The notes under the pieces were generated by a model that worked only from the letters and a program-made list of their open reading frames with translations, was not told the origin of the DNA and searched no databases. Of a stretch of 64,000 nucleotides of DNA, positions 9,337 to 19,070 are shown piece after piece (the first letter of the stretch is position 1; each line of letters begins with the position of its first letter). The DNA lies in assembly GCA_965246885.1 (NCBI GenBank), contig OZ251992.1, forward strand, positions 2,464,001 to 2,528,000. The letters are read 5' to 3'. This stretch comes from Abditibacterium sp. GTDB taxonomy: Bacteria; Armatimonadota; Abditibacteriia; Abditibacteriales; Abditibacteriaceae. The translations under genes and the position numbers were made by a program.

Positions 9337-11409
9337 TTAGGCGGGCCAGAACTGAATTTGGCTTCCCAGAAAGAAGCCGACGATCATCCACGCAACCATC
9401 GCGCACACGTTGCCAAAGATGAGGCCGATCATGAAGGGGCGCACCTTCTGCACGGAGTCGCTCCCACCATATTTGAGCAGGAGGCTTTTGACAGCCCAGC
9501 CCAGAAAGAACGAGAACCACAGCCGCCGCATCGGTTGCGCGGTCGAGAAGACGTAGCCGAGCGGATGGAGCGAGAACCACAAAAAGCGGCTACGCAAGAT
9601 GGCGAGGGCGACAACGACGAAAGCGCCGAGCGCAATCCAAGGCCACGTCGAAAAGTCGAGCGAATCGCCGCGTGTCATCAGCGCCGAGGTCGCGTTGAAG
9701 CTCATCTGCGGCCCCTGATACGTGAACCACGTGTAACCGCTCAAGCCGCCATGCTCATATACGGTCACAAGCGCCGTGAGGATGGTCACGGCGAAGGCAG
9801 CACCGGTCGCCGCCAATACCGCGAAGCACAAGCGGCGCGTGTCGCGCGGCGAAAACTGCGCGTCGTGGGCGAGCTTGAAGGTGTGCAGGTAAGCAGGCAA
9901 AGTCGTGGTGCGCAGGTCGCCAAAGAGCATCGGCGACAAGAACGACAGCTTGGTCAGGTTCGCCGCCCCCAAGAACGACGCCGATAGCCCGCTTTGCGTC
10001 ACCATGTAAAGCGGCGAGAACGACAGTTGCGGAAACAATACGCCGCCCTCCACCACAAGGCGCGCCAGCACGATATTGAGCAACACGAACGAGCCGAACA
10101 GCCCAACCGTCAGCCAAGGCGACAACCCCGCAAAACTGCACCACGCACACAACCCTACGAAGCACGCCGCCCAGCCCACCACCACAAAGCGCGCCGAGAA
10201 CGGTTCGTTGAGGGTTGTAGCCGCCGAAGCGCGGCGCGGGTTGAGCGCGGCGAGGAAGGTGTTCTTGAGTTGCTCGCGCGCACCCCACAAGAGGAGCGCG
10301 CCCATCCCCAACCACGCGCCCAGCGACTGAAAGGCAAGGAAGTGCGGGCGTTGCCCGTAGGGTTCTTTGGGCAGAGCGTCGGGCACAAAGCCCATCTGCG
10401 CGGCGGCCACCAGTTGCACTTGCACGAGCAGAAAGCTCGTCCAAAACGAGAACGACATCTCGCGCGTGAGCAGATACGCCACGCCGACGGCACCGAAATA
10501 CCACTCAATGTTTAGACTGCCAATGGCGCTGAGCGGCGCTTCGGTAAAGTTCAACACCAACTGGTTGCCCTGAAACCCCGTCAGAACCGGGAACTGGGGA
10601 AAGTAGTTGTTGAGGCCGCGCAGAAGGTGGAACGCCGCCGCAACGCCAAAGCCCAGCCACATCAAGCGGTTTGCCCAGAACTCGCGTGCCGGTGGGCTTT
10701 GCCCCGCGCCAGTCTCGACCATTTGGAGCGGCAACTGCACGAGCGGAAACGCCAGCGCTTCCGACTCGATCCACTGCTTGCGAAAGAGCAGGGCCGTAAA
10801 GAACAGCAACCCGTAGAGCAAGAGGCAAAACCCGCTCCACGCGAGGAGCATCACCATCCACGCATGCCAAGGAATTTGCGATGGGGATACCTGCCCGGTG
10901 AAGAAGCCGTCCACCACCTCGCGCTGGAAGGTGTGCCCGTCCCAACCCGGCGCCCACCACGAGGGAATGTGCCGGTAAAAGGTGTCGGCCCAATGATTCT
11001 CGCGCGTCGAAAAGTAGAACAGCGTCGGCCCCGCGCTTAAGAAGAAGTTCTCCGTTCCCGGCGTCGAAACCAGCGCCGCGAGGAGCGTCATCGCGTACAC
11101 CGTCAGTAGCTCGCCGCGCGACAAGGGCCGCGCCAAACGGGAGTTGAGCGCGCGAAGCGGCACGTTCACGCCCAGAACAAGCGCCATTAGGATGAACACC
11201 GCGCCAAACGGCAGGTGCACCCCGCCCAAAAAGTGCACGTTGGCGAAAGTTTCGATCCACGCGTTGAGCGCCGCTAACCCCACCGACAGCCCCAACCCAA
11301 GCGCCACCGCCCGCCCCGACACGGGCGTGCGCCCCGGTTCTTGGGGCGATGCGGTGGGGGGCGCAGCTTCGGGAGCGAGTATTTCGGGGAGCGGGATAGA
11401 GCGGGGCAT
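9337..11409 (-). CDS. Polytopic membrane protein, DUF6785/DUF6784-like (putative transporter)
   Basis: Many TM segments; RKQWIESEALAFPLVQLP, HPLGY, KYGG motifs; start set at MPRSIPLP. Confidence 0.7.
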   Translation of the reverse strand: MPRSIPLPEILAPEAAPPTASPQEPGRTPVSGRAVALGLGLSVGLAALNAWIETFANVHFLGGVHLPFGAVFILMALVLGVNVPLRALNSRLARPLSRGELLTVYAMTLLAALVSTPGTENFFLSAGPTLFYFSTRENHWADTFYRHIPSWWAPGWDGHTFQREVVDGFFTGQVSPSQIPWHAWMVMLLAWSGFCLLLYGLLFFTALLFRKQWIESEALAFPLVQLPLQMVETGAGQSPPAREFWANRLMWLGFGVAAAFHLLRGLNNYFPQFPVLTGFQGNQLVLNFTEAPLSAIGSLNIEWYFGAVGVAYLLTREMSFSFWTSFLLVQVQLVAAAQMGFVPDALPKEPYGQRPHFLAFQSLGAWLGMGALLLWGAREQLKNTFLAALNPRRASAATTLNEPFSARFVVVGWAACFVGLCAWCSFAGLSPWLTVGLFGSFVLLNIVLARLVVEGGVLFPQLSFSPLYMVTQSGLSASFLGAANLTKLSFLSPMLFGDLRTTTLPAYLHTFKLAHDAQFSPRDTRRLCFAVLAATGAAFAVTILTALVTVYEHGGLSGYTWFTYQGPQMSFNATSALMTRGDSLDFSTWPWIALGAFVVVALAILRSRFLWFSLHPLGYVFSTAQPMRRLWFSFFLGWAVKSLLLKYGGSDSVQKVRPFMIGLIFGNVCAMVAWMIVGFFLGSQIQFWPA

Positions 11410-11434
11410 AACGTGGGTGAGCGGTTGCTTTGAG

Positions 11435-12769
11435 TTAGGCGGTCGTCGGGCGCCAAGGCGCAATATGGGCATCACGGGCATCGGCTTTCCGTTCCCATGC
11501 GCTGTAGTCAAGCGGCGCTCCAATTTCCGGCAGATGGGAAACACCGGTGAGGTGCGCTTCGATGGCAGTGATGCGCGCTTCCGGCAAGCATTCCGGCCCC
11601 AGTTCAAGCCGTATCTCCCGTGCTTCGAGGGCCGGAAAGACGTGCCATTTCTGCGCGCCAATCGTGTGGCCTGACGCTATCTCCCGCCCATCTGCGAGCA
11701 CGCGATAGCCCATGACGCGCTGGCCATATTCCAAGTGCTCGCGCAAAACGAGATGGTCGAAGCGCGCCGCTTCACTCAAGCGCAGGGTGGCGCCTTGGGC
11801 ATCCGGGACAAAGTCACCCGCGAGCGGCGAGGCGAAGCGGCGCCTAATTTCGTCGGCGAGGGTGCGTAGCGCGGCTTCGTCGTGCGGGTCAATGCGGCCT
11901 TGGCGGTTCGGCCCGACGTTGAGCAACAAGTTCGCGCCCAACCCGACCGAGAGATAATAGATGCCCAACAGGTGCTCCGGCGTTTTGAGCGTCGGCAAGT
12001 CGTCGTCCTGCCAGAACCAGTGCTGACGGATGGCGACATCACATTCGGGCGGCAGGTAACGTAGCTCCTCCAGTTGCTCGCTTTCGGATGTAAACGCCGA
12101 AATGTCGGTGGCGGCGACGGCATACAAACAGGGGTCAGCCGCGACGCCGTCCTCGTTGCCCGCCCAACGGATGGTGGGAGAAGGCCCCATGTTAAAGACC
12201 ATCGCGCCCGGTTGGTGGGCGCGCACCACATCCATGACGGCGTCCCAATTGTAGTCGCGGCCTTCGCTGCCGCCGCCATCGAACCATAGCTCGAAAAGCT
12301 CGCCGTAGCGGGTGCAAAGCTCGGTCAGTTGCGCGCAGTAGAAGCGGTCGTAAGCCGCTCCATCCGAGTAGACGGCGCAGTTCCGATCCCAAGGCGACAG
12401 ATACAACCCGAAGTGCAAGCCCCTGTCCCGACAAGCCTTGGCTACCTCGCCCACGATGTCTATTTGGCCGGGCGAGTTGCGAACACTGTAGGGTGTGGTG
12501 TCCGTCGGCCATAAGCAAAAACCATCGCCGTGCTTGGCGGTAAGAACGAGATACTTCGCGCCCACACTCAAAGCAATGTCCACCCACTGGTGGGGGTCGA
12601 AGTCGGTGGGCGCGAAGGTTTCGGGCGGCCACTGGCCCGCGCTCCACTCGCGGTTGTGGAAGGTGTTGATTCCAAAGTGGCAGAACAAGCCAAATTGCGC
12701 GCGTTGCCAGCGCAGTTGAGCCTCGGCTGGAATGGGGATAGGGGACATCGCGTCGGGTAAGGGTCTCAC
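11435..12769 (-). CDS. Alpha-L-fucosidase GH29
   Basis: GLFCHFG, LTAKHGDGFCLWPT, YLSPWD, QLTELCTRYG, LWFDG, ECDVAIR, LLLNVGP. Confidence 0.9.
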   Translation of the reverse strand: MRPLPDAMSPIPIPAEAQLRWQRAQFGLFCHFGINTFHNREWSAGQWPPETFAPTDFDPHQWVDIALSVGAKYLVLTAKHGDGFCLWPTDTTPYSVRNSPGQIDIVGEVAKACRDRGLHFGLYLSPWDRNCAVYSDGAAYDRFYCAQLTELCTRYGELFELWFDGGGSEGRDYNWDAVMDVVRAHQPGAMVFNMGPSPTIRWAGNEDGVAADPCLYAVAATDISAFTSESEQLEELRYLPPECDVAIRQHWFWQDDDLPTLKTPEHLLGIYYLSVGLGANLLLNVGPNRQGRIDPHDEAALRTLADEIRRRFASPLAGDFVPDAQGATLRLSEAARFDHLVLREHLEYGQRVMGYRVLADGREIASGHTIGAQKWHVFPALEAREIRLELGPECLPEARITAIEAHLTGVSHLPEIGAPLDYSAWERKADARDAHIAPWRPTTA

Positions 12770-13329
12770 TTGACGGCTTCGAGCGTCACATCATCGAACC
12801 ACGCGGTGCCGGTCGTGCCTTTGCGCAGGTAGAGGGCGAGGCGGTTGTTACCCGCGTCGGAACGCACGGTGAAGGTGCTTTCAACCTTCGTCCAGTCGAA
12901 AGTGCCCGCCAAGGGCTTGGCGTATTCGCCGCGTAGCCAATCGCCGCCCTTGGAGAAGCTTTCCATATAAAGCGCCGCGCCCTCGTCGCCGACGCTTCCT
13001 TTCAAGCCGTCGCCCTTGACCCACGCGGAGAAGTGGTATTTGCCGGGTGAGAGCTTAGGGCTTTGGAAGACGTTGGGGTAGACAGCGGCATCGGCGCTGG
13101 AGACTTTCAGGCTGTGGTCGCCGCCGTGCTTTTGACTCGCGTCCCATGTCAGGACGGTGGCGGCATCGGGCGCGCCAAAGAAATACCAGTCCTGTGGCGG
13201 CGTCTCGTTCTTGGCGTTGAGTTCAAAGTCGCCGTTAGCGGCGAGATTGGGAGCGGCAGGGGCGGCATCCCGCGCAAAGGCGGGAGCGGCACCCAAAGCG
13301 AGGGCGAGAAGCAAAGAGGTGATCTTCAT
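12766..13329 (-). CDS. Secreted stand-alone carbohydrate-binding module (CBM4/9/16-like)
   Basis: Signal peptide; NLAANGDFE ... GTFDWT ... AWFDDVTL. Confidence 0.75.
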   Translation of the reverse strand: MKITSLLLALALGAAPAFARDAAPAAPNLAANGDFELNAKNETPPQDWYFFGAPDAATVLTWDASQKHGGDHSLKVSSADAAVYPNVFQSPKLSPGKYHFSAWVKGDGLKGSVGDEGAALYMESFSKGGDWLRGEYAKPLAGTFDWTKVESTFTVRSDAGNNRLALYLRKGTTGTAWFDDVTLEAVK

Positions 13330-13341
13330 GGTATGGGTGTT

Positions 13342-15399
13342 CTAACGGAGCACTATGACGCCGGAGGCGTGCGGCGCGGCCTCGATTTTCCAACCGTCCG
13401 ATTGTGGCGTGATGGTCAGCGCGCCTGTTTGAAGGGTCGCTTTGGCAAAGTGGGGACGGGTGAGGAGCAGGGTCGCCGCGTTCTTGGCATCGGCGTTGGC
13501 GACGATGAGGCGCATCGTTTGCCCATCGCGGAGCGCACGGAACTTGAGTTGCGTGGGGTTGGAGTTCTGGGCGTCAAGCGTTGCGTCTTGCCCTGCGAGT
13601 AAGGTGGGCAACAGCGACTGGAGTTCGTGCGAAACGACGGTGACTTTGGGCCAGTCGCGGGCGAACTTGGCCATATCGGGCCGCGAGTAATCGCGTTTGC
13701 CGTCGCTCGCCAAATACAAGTCCATGAAAGCGTAGAATAGGATGCCATTGGTCTTTTCGCACAAACCCAGCAGGTTCATGGTGCGCATCTCGTCGGTGGT
13801 GGGCATGCGATAACCGGGGAAAGGGTTGGCGTAGGCGTCCCACGAGAACTCTTGCGAGGCGAGCAAAGTGGACTTGGCGCCGCGCGCGGCGGCGCGGGCG
13901 TTGCCCGTCCACGTCGAAACGATGTCGAAGTTGAAGCGCGGAATGGGATAGGGGTCAACGCCCAGCACGTCGGTCAGGTCGTAATACCCGTCCAAGTCGC
14001 CGTATTGGTTCAAGACGTGGATGATGGGGTGGTCGGAATCGAGCGCCAACACCTGTTGCTGCATGGCGCGATAGTCTGCCTCGTGCTCTAACCCGCCTTC
14101 GTCGTTGAGATACCAGCCCAATAAGGCCGGGTGGCTCTTGACGAGGTTCACATACTGCGCGATGAGTTGCGCGGGTGTTCCCTTGCCTTTGGGGAACAAG
14201 TAGGAATCGCGCGTGAAGTCTTTGAGCGAGTAAATGACCTTCAGCCCGTGCTTTTGCGCGTGGTCGAGGAAGGCGACGGGGTCTTTGCCCGCGCTGTAGC
14301 TGTAGTTCAGGACGGTGTTGAAGCCCGCGTCGTGGATGAGCGTGAGGCTCGCGTCGGAAGCGTCACCCTCGCCCTCGCAGTAAATGCCAAGCGGGAAGAA
14401 CGGCTGTCCTGCGACGCGCCACGCGCCGCCCTTGTCAATGGAAACGCGCGGCGCTTTGTCGGCCACGCGAAGCGCCACTTCTTGCTGGGCGACGCTTCTG
14501 CCCGCCGCGTCCAGCACTTCTATCTTCCACGTCGGTTGCGCGCCGCTCTTGACTGCGGCGCTTACGGGCACTTGCGAAACGGTGAATTGCACGCTTTCGG
14601 GTTCGCCGTCCTTGCGAACGGGAACCGGCGTCAACTGCTCGCCCACGACCTTGCCGCCAACCAACACCTGCGAGCGAACACGAAGCGGAGCGGCCAAGTC
14701 GGGCGCGCGATCCACGCTCAGTTGCGCGCTCCAAGGCGAAGCATCGCCGCGCATAATCAGACCATGATAACCCGGCGCCGTGACGAAGGATCGCAAAACC
14801 GGTGTGGTGGCCACGACTTCCAAGTCATCGAACCACGCCGTGCCACTGGAGCCTTGGCGCAAATACAAACCGAGGATCAGCTTGCGCGCCCCCAAAGGCA
14901 ACTTCGCGGTGCCTTCCATCCGCGTCCAATCGAAAGCGCCCTTCTTGGAGTCGGGGTAGGCGCCGCCCAGCCAATTGCCCGCCGCGTCATACCACTCCAT
15001 GAAGATGCCCGCGCCCTGATTGCTTCCGGCGTCGGGCAGGGACACGACGTTTTCTCCTTTGACTTGCGCCGCAAAGCGATAGGTCGCGCCGCCCGTCGTG
15101 GAAATGGTTTGCGCGACCCATTTGTAGTTCTTCGGGTCGGGGTTGGACAGTTTCAAGCTGCCAGCGCCGCCCTTGAACGTCGCGGTATCGGGCGCGGCCA
15201 AGCCATCGGGAATGTTGAACCCGTCCACACCATTTTCAAAGCCGGGGTTGCGCACGAGGTTGCGCGCGACGGTGGAAGAGGTGGGCGCAGGAGGCGCGTA
15301 TTGAGCGTGGGAACAGGAAACGTTACTCAGCGCGAGCGCAAGGACGAGAGGAGCAACTCGAAGCGCCGCAGGGCGCGCACTGGAAATAAATTGGGACAT
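13342..15399 (-). CDS. Secreted CBM4/9-like domain plus uncharacterised glycoside hydrolase-like TIM barrel
   Basis: NLVRNPGFE...AWFDDL; FFPLGIY, GFNTV, LLGWYLNDE, DPYPIP; start uncertain (15399 or 15480). Confidence 0.7.
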   Translation of the reverse strand: MSQFISSARPAALRVAPLVLALALSNVSCSHAQYAPPAPTSSTVARNLVRNPGFENGVDGFNIPDGLAAPDTATFKGGAGSLKLSNPDPKNYKWVAQTISTTGGATYRFAAQVKGENVVSLPDAGSNQGAGIFMEWYDAAGNWLGGAYPDSKKGAFDWTRMEGTAKLPLGARKLILGLYLRQGSSGTAWFDDLEVVATTPVLRSFVTAPGYHGLIMRGDASPWSAQLSVDRAPDLAAPLRVRSQVLVGGKVVGEQLTPVPVRKDGEPESVQFTVSQVPVSAAVKSGAQPTWKIEVLDAAGRSVAQQEVALRVADKAPRVSIDKGGAWRVAGQPFFPLGIYCEGEGDASDASLTLIHDAGFNTVLNYSYSAGKDPVAFLDHAQKHGLKVIYSLKDFTRDSYLFPKGKGTPAQLIAQYVNLVKSHPALLGWYLNDEGGLEHEADYRAMQQQVLALDSDHPIIHVLNQYGDLDGYYDLTDVLGVDPYPIPRFNFDIVSTWTGNARAAARGAKSTLLASQEFSWDAYANPFPGYRMPTTDEMRTMNLLGLCEKTNGILFYAFMDLYLASDGKRDYSRPDMAKFARDWPKVTVVSHELQSLLPTLLAGQDATLDAQNSNPTQLKFRALRDGQTMRLIVANADAKNAATLLLTRPHFAKATLQTGALTITPQSDGWKIEAAPHASGVIVLR

Positions 15400-15492
15400 A
15401 AAAACAAAGGAAGAGGGAGCGACAAGTTCGGCAAGGACGCTGGATGGAACAAGGAAACGACGTAATCTTGGGGACAACAAACCGAGGGAGTG

Positions 15493-17661
15493 TTAGGATG
15501 TGCTTGCGCTGGGCGCAGATACCTTGGCTGCAACCGCCGCGCTACCACCGGCGACTTTGCCGTCATCGGGCAATGTGCGTTTGTCGGGAATAATCTCTTT
15601 AACCTGACTGGCGCTCTGCCATGACAAGGTAGCCGAGGCGTTGCCAGTGTTCTGGAAATACTCCATCACGATGGAGGCCTTCCTCCCTGCCGTCAGATTC
15701 ACCGGTGTGCTGGTGTATTGCGTAGCCCCTTGAATCCCCCAGTGGTCTATCACTCTGACGCCGTTGATCCACAATCGCACTCCGTCATCGGTGTTGGTGG
15801 CGAAGGTGTATGCCTGCGAGTAGCGTGGCACAACATAACCCTTCCACCGCACGCTGAAAGTGGTGGGCGCGATACCCGCAACGGGGCTGCCCACCCCCCA
15901 GTTGAAGTTAATGGTAGGGTCTAACCGCTTTTTGGTAGTGCCAGTGAAGTCAATATTGTCGTAGTAAGTACCCGTCAGACACTGACCAGAAAGCTCGAAG
16001 TCGTCGAAGTTACACCATTGTCCGGCCCCTGCTTGGCTGTAAATGCCAATCGTGCACTGTCCGTTGGTGACGTTGATGTTTGGTAGATCCACCTCCTCAT
16101 AATTGTTGGAGACGGGAATATTTCTCGTCACGGAGCTGGAGCCATAATCTTTGGCTTCCATGTAGCAGTAGGTCTGACCGCCCGAACTACGGGCATAGCA
16201 CCGCAAGGTGTAGAGGCCGTTGGGCAGGTTCGTTAGCGTTTGGCTGGTGTAAGCGGTGTAACCCTGCGAACTCCAATGAGTGCCATGTCGCGCGCCCATG
16301 TGGCTTCCCCCACTGGTTTCGGTGTAAGTAGCGGTCGCGGGGACTACTGGACTCCAATTAGTGTCCCACTGCTGCTGCGTCCACCCCGAAGGCGTCCGAG
16401 TGTCATAATTCTCGGCGTCGAAACTGGGATTGACAACGAGGTTTGTGGCCGTCGAGCCAGCCGTTAAATCAATCGCTCCCGAAGCCAGTGGCCCCACATC
16501 AACAGAAACGCCGCCCAAACCAATAACGGGATTGAAGCCACCAGAACGCACGCTCACGTCGGAAAAGTTGCCCGGGATGAACACCGACTCGGTGGCATTG
16601 CCCCCATTAGCCAGCAAGACGGTCGTTTTGCCATTATAGTCAACGGCGCGGAATCGGGTATTGGTCGCGTTTTGCACCGCCACACCACTTGGGGTGCCAT
16701 TCAACAAGATGGGATCCAAGCTGGCCAATTCGCCTTGTGTTGTCTGCGACGAGGGCCACAAGCTATTGAAGCGGCTCTGGTCGAAGCTGTTGGGGTTGTA
16801 GGCATCGGTCAAACCCAGAAAGTCGTAGTCGAAATACAGGAGGCCATTGGTTCCGGCGGCTAATGTTAGATAACTCATACACCGCAACTCCGTCAAAGTG
16901 GGCGCGCGGTTGGCAGAATTCCCGTCATAAACATCGTTGCCAGAAAGCTGAACCCCCATCACGACCGACTTGCTGCCATGAACTTGACTCACGGCCAGAC
17001 TGGTGTACTCCCCAGTCTGCGAAAGTCGCCCGTTAGGAATAGGGTAGTTGTCGTAACCTAACGCCTCGCTCGCGTTCAAGACCGGGGTGATATCAACGTT
17101 TTCAATACTAACACACGGGTGGTTGGGGTCGAGTCCAACGACCTGATCGTGGATGCGCTGAATACTGCTTGCCTGCGTCGCCCCTAACTCGTCGTCAATG
17201 TACCAGCCGATGAGCGTCGGATGGCCCTTGTAATTGGAAACCGCCTCATTGATGAGGTCGCTACTACTTCTGCCTAAATAATAGGGGAAATAGCCACTGG
17301 CATCATTCAAATCCTTCAGGCTAAAGATCACCTTGAGACCAGCGTTGTTTGCCCGGTCGAGGAAGTTTTTGTGAGTGGCGTAGTCGTTGGTTATGACGTT
17401 CCCCCGTCCAGCGATTTGGCCGTAGCATACGACGGTGTTGTAGCCAGCCGCTTTGATGCGGGCCAAGTCGGCGTCGGTCGTATAAGCGATGTAAACGATA
17501 TACACGCCGCGCGGAAAGAACTTTTGACCGTCAACGACCCAAGTGCCGCCCGAAATGTAAGCCGACGAAGCATGGGCCAGCGTGGTGTCCGGGCCAAAGC
17601 CCAGACACAGAGCGAACAACAAAGCAATGAAGCCCTTGACATTCAAAAAGGATGTTTTCAT
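15493..17661 (-). CDS. Secreted GH-like TIM barrel plus CBM-like domain plus PA14 domain
   Basis: Signal peptide; FFPRGVY, LIGWYIDDE, DNYPIP; NLVVNPSFD; PA14 motifs FSVRWKG, TDDGVRLWING. Confidence 0.75.
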   Translation of the reverse strand: MKTSFLNVKGFIALLFALCLGFGPDTTLAHASSAYISGGTWVVDGQKFFPRGVYIVYIAYTTDADLARIKAAGYNTVVCYGQIAGRGNVITNDYATHKNFLDRANNAGLKVIFSLKDLNDASGYFPYYLGRSSSDLINEAVSNYKGHPTLIGWYIDDELGATQASSIQRIHDQVVGLDPNHPCVSIENVDITPVLNASEALGYDNYPIPNGRLSQTGEYTSLAVSQVHGSKSVVMGVQLSGNDVYDGNSANRAPTLTELRCMSYLTLAAGTNGLLYFDYDFLGLTDAYNPNSFDQSRFNSLWPSSQTTQGELASLDPILLNGTPSGVAVQNATNTRFRAVDYNGKTTVLLANGGNATESVFIPGNFSDVSVRSGGFNPVIGLGGVSVDVGPLASGAIDLTAGSTATNLVVNPSFDAENYDTRTPSGWTQQQWDTNWSPVVPATATYTETSGGSHMGARHGTHWSSQGYTAYTSQTLTNLPNGLYTLRCYARSSGGQTYCYMEAKDYGSSSVTRNIPVSNNYEEVDLPNINVTNGQCTIGIYSQAGAGQWCNFDDFELSGQCLTGTYYDNIDFTGTTKKRLDPTINFNWGVGSPVAGIAPTTFSVRWKGYVVPRYSQAYTFATNTDDGVRLWINGVRVIDHWGIQGATQYTSTPVNLTAGRKASIVMEYFQNTGNASATLSWQSASQVKEIIPDKRTLPDDGKVAGGSAAVAAKVSAPSASTS

Positions 17662-17774
17662 CTAACGGAACTCGCCCGACCTTTCGGGGTTAGGTCACCA
17701 TCTCAGGCGCTAAAAGCCCATCACGCGCGTGGAGATACCTTCGCGTGTTGCGGCGGGTGAAACTTGCCAGCAAA

Positions 17775-17802
17775 GAGGCGGGCCAAAAGCTCGGCCCGCC
17801 TC
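17775..17802 (-). terminator. Stem-loop downstream of prepilin gene
   Basis: gaggcgggcc/ggcccgcctc 10-bp stem followed by TTT on the minus strand. Confidence 0.65.
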
Positions 17803-17818
17803 GTGCAGAAAGCACTCT

Positions 17819-18607
17819 CTATTGCATTGCGGTTTGCGCTTGACCCAACCCGTCTTGTAAATCCGAGACGAGCGGTGCGCCGTTATCTACATTCCACATG
17901 TTGACGGGAGTCACTGTCGCTAAGGGCTTCATGGTTTTGACGTGGCCGTCAGCGAACAGCCAGTTGGTCGTGGTGAGGTGGTTGCGGAACCGGATGTTCG
18001 GCTTGTCGATGTACATATCGGAGTCAAGCACCGTTGAGCCGTCTCCCTTTACGCCACTATCGGCGACAAGGAGCGTTTGGGCAGAATTGTTGAGACGGCT
18101 GAGCTTCACGTCTTCGAAGGGACTCATCGCAGGCGTGCCGCCCAACCTTTTGTTGAGATTGGCTTGATCGTCGAAGAAGCCCACTGCATAGTAAGAAACC
18201 GGAATCGCTGGGACGCCCGCCGGGAGCGCGCTACCACCGACATTGTCAGTGTTCCCGAAAGTGGAAGATGGGCACTTGAACAACTGCGCGCTTTTCACAT
18301 ACGGGAAAATCGCGTGCTGCCAGCCGTAAAGGGGAGAGAAGATGGTTGCCAATGTCGTGGAGTAGCGCGACTTGGGCATGGCCTCGTCATAGTCCTGCGT
18401 GTATTGCAGGATGCCCAAGCCAATTTGCTTGAGGTTGGACTGGCAGGAGGCGCGGCGGGCGTTTTCGCGGGCACGAGCGAAGGCCGGAAAGAGGATGGCG
18501 GCGAGAATGGCGATGATGGCAATAACCACCAATAATTCTATCAACGTGAATCCTTTCCGATGCGTTTTTGTCCCAGTGGACTGGGAGAGTGTAACGAGTG
18601 TTTGCAT
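17819..18607 (-). CDS. Prepilin-type N-methylation / DUF1559 / H-X9-DG protein
   Basis: [59 protein letters not shown]. Confidence 0.92.
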   Translation of the reverse strand: MQTLVTLSQSTGTKTHRKGFTLIELLVVIAIIAILAAILFPAFARARENARRASCQSNLKQIGLGILQYTQDYDEAMPKSRYSTTLATIFSPLYGWQHAIFPYVKSAQLFKCPSSTFGNTDNVGGSALPAGVPAIPVSYYAVGFFDDQANLNKRLGGTPAMSPFEDVKLSRLNNSAQTLLVADSGVKGDGSTVLDSDMYIDKPNIRFRNHLTTTNWLFADGHVKTMKPLATVTPVNMWNVDNGAPLVSDLQDGLGQAQTAMQ

Positions 18608-18652
18608 GATGTGTTTGTCGGCAAAGGCTGATGGGCGCCTCGCCCTGCCCAA

Positions 18653-18681
18653 TGTTGCGCAACAAAAAGGAGTTGCGCAAC
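18653..18681. promoter_or_regulatory. Tandem LacI-type operator palindromes TGTTGCGCAACA and GTTGCGCAAC
   Basis: Perfect palindromes at 18653-18664 and 18672-18681, between promoter and prepilin start, next to a LacI gene. Confidence 0.7.
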
Positions 18682-18695
18682 CGGTTGGTAAATAG

Positions 18696-18726
18696 AGTAT
18701 GCCCAATTTGCGACCCGTTTAAACAT
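18696..18726 (-). promoter_or_regulatory. Putative promoter ATGTTTAAA-N8-AAATTGGGCATACT
   Basis: Same architecture and spacing as 42857-42887, 61476-61506 and 22938-22968. Confidence 0.65.
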
Positions 18727-18935
18727 CCAAACCGTGTCCAACACAATTATTTTCTGTTAAATCTGCGAGTCCGCGCGGTGCGCGCCCAAATTAGGGGCCG
18801 CGATGGGTGCGCAAGACGCGGAAATTCCCCCTTGGTTGGACGCTGGGAGCCAACGAAATACGTGCGCGGCGCAGTGGCAGACATAAATGGCGAAGGAAAG
18901 ACGTCTTTCTTTGTACCGCAAAGGAAAAGCATCGC

Positions 18936-19061
18936 GTGGCGGACATATGTCGGCTGATGGCGCAGGTCTCTGGCGCGATGGCAGGAGTATTTCTTCGCGT
19001 GGCGCAGGCCTCTCGCTGGACGGCGCAGGTGTTTCTTCGCGTGGCGCAGGTAATTCTTCGG
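18936..19061. repeat. Intergenic degenerate 21-bp tandem array B (tttcttcgcgtggcgcagg core)
   Basis: RYGGCR anchors at 18936, 18957, 18978, 18999, 19020, 19041. Confidence 0.75.
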
Positions 19062-19070
19062 AAGAATCAC

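Noticed and set aside
17662..17770. c-di-AMP-like riboswitch words (GGGGTTA, GATACCTTC)
   Set aside because: On the strand opposite the genes and missing other conserved elements
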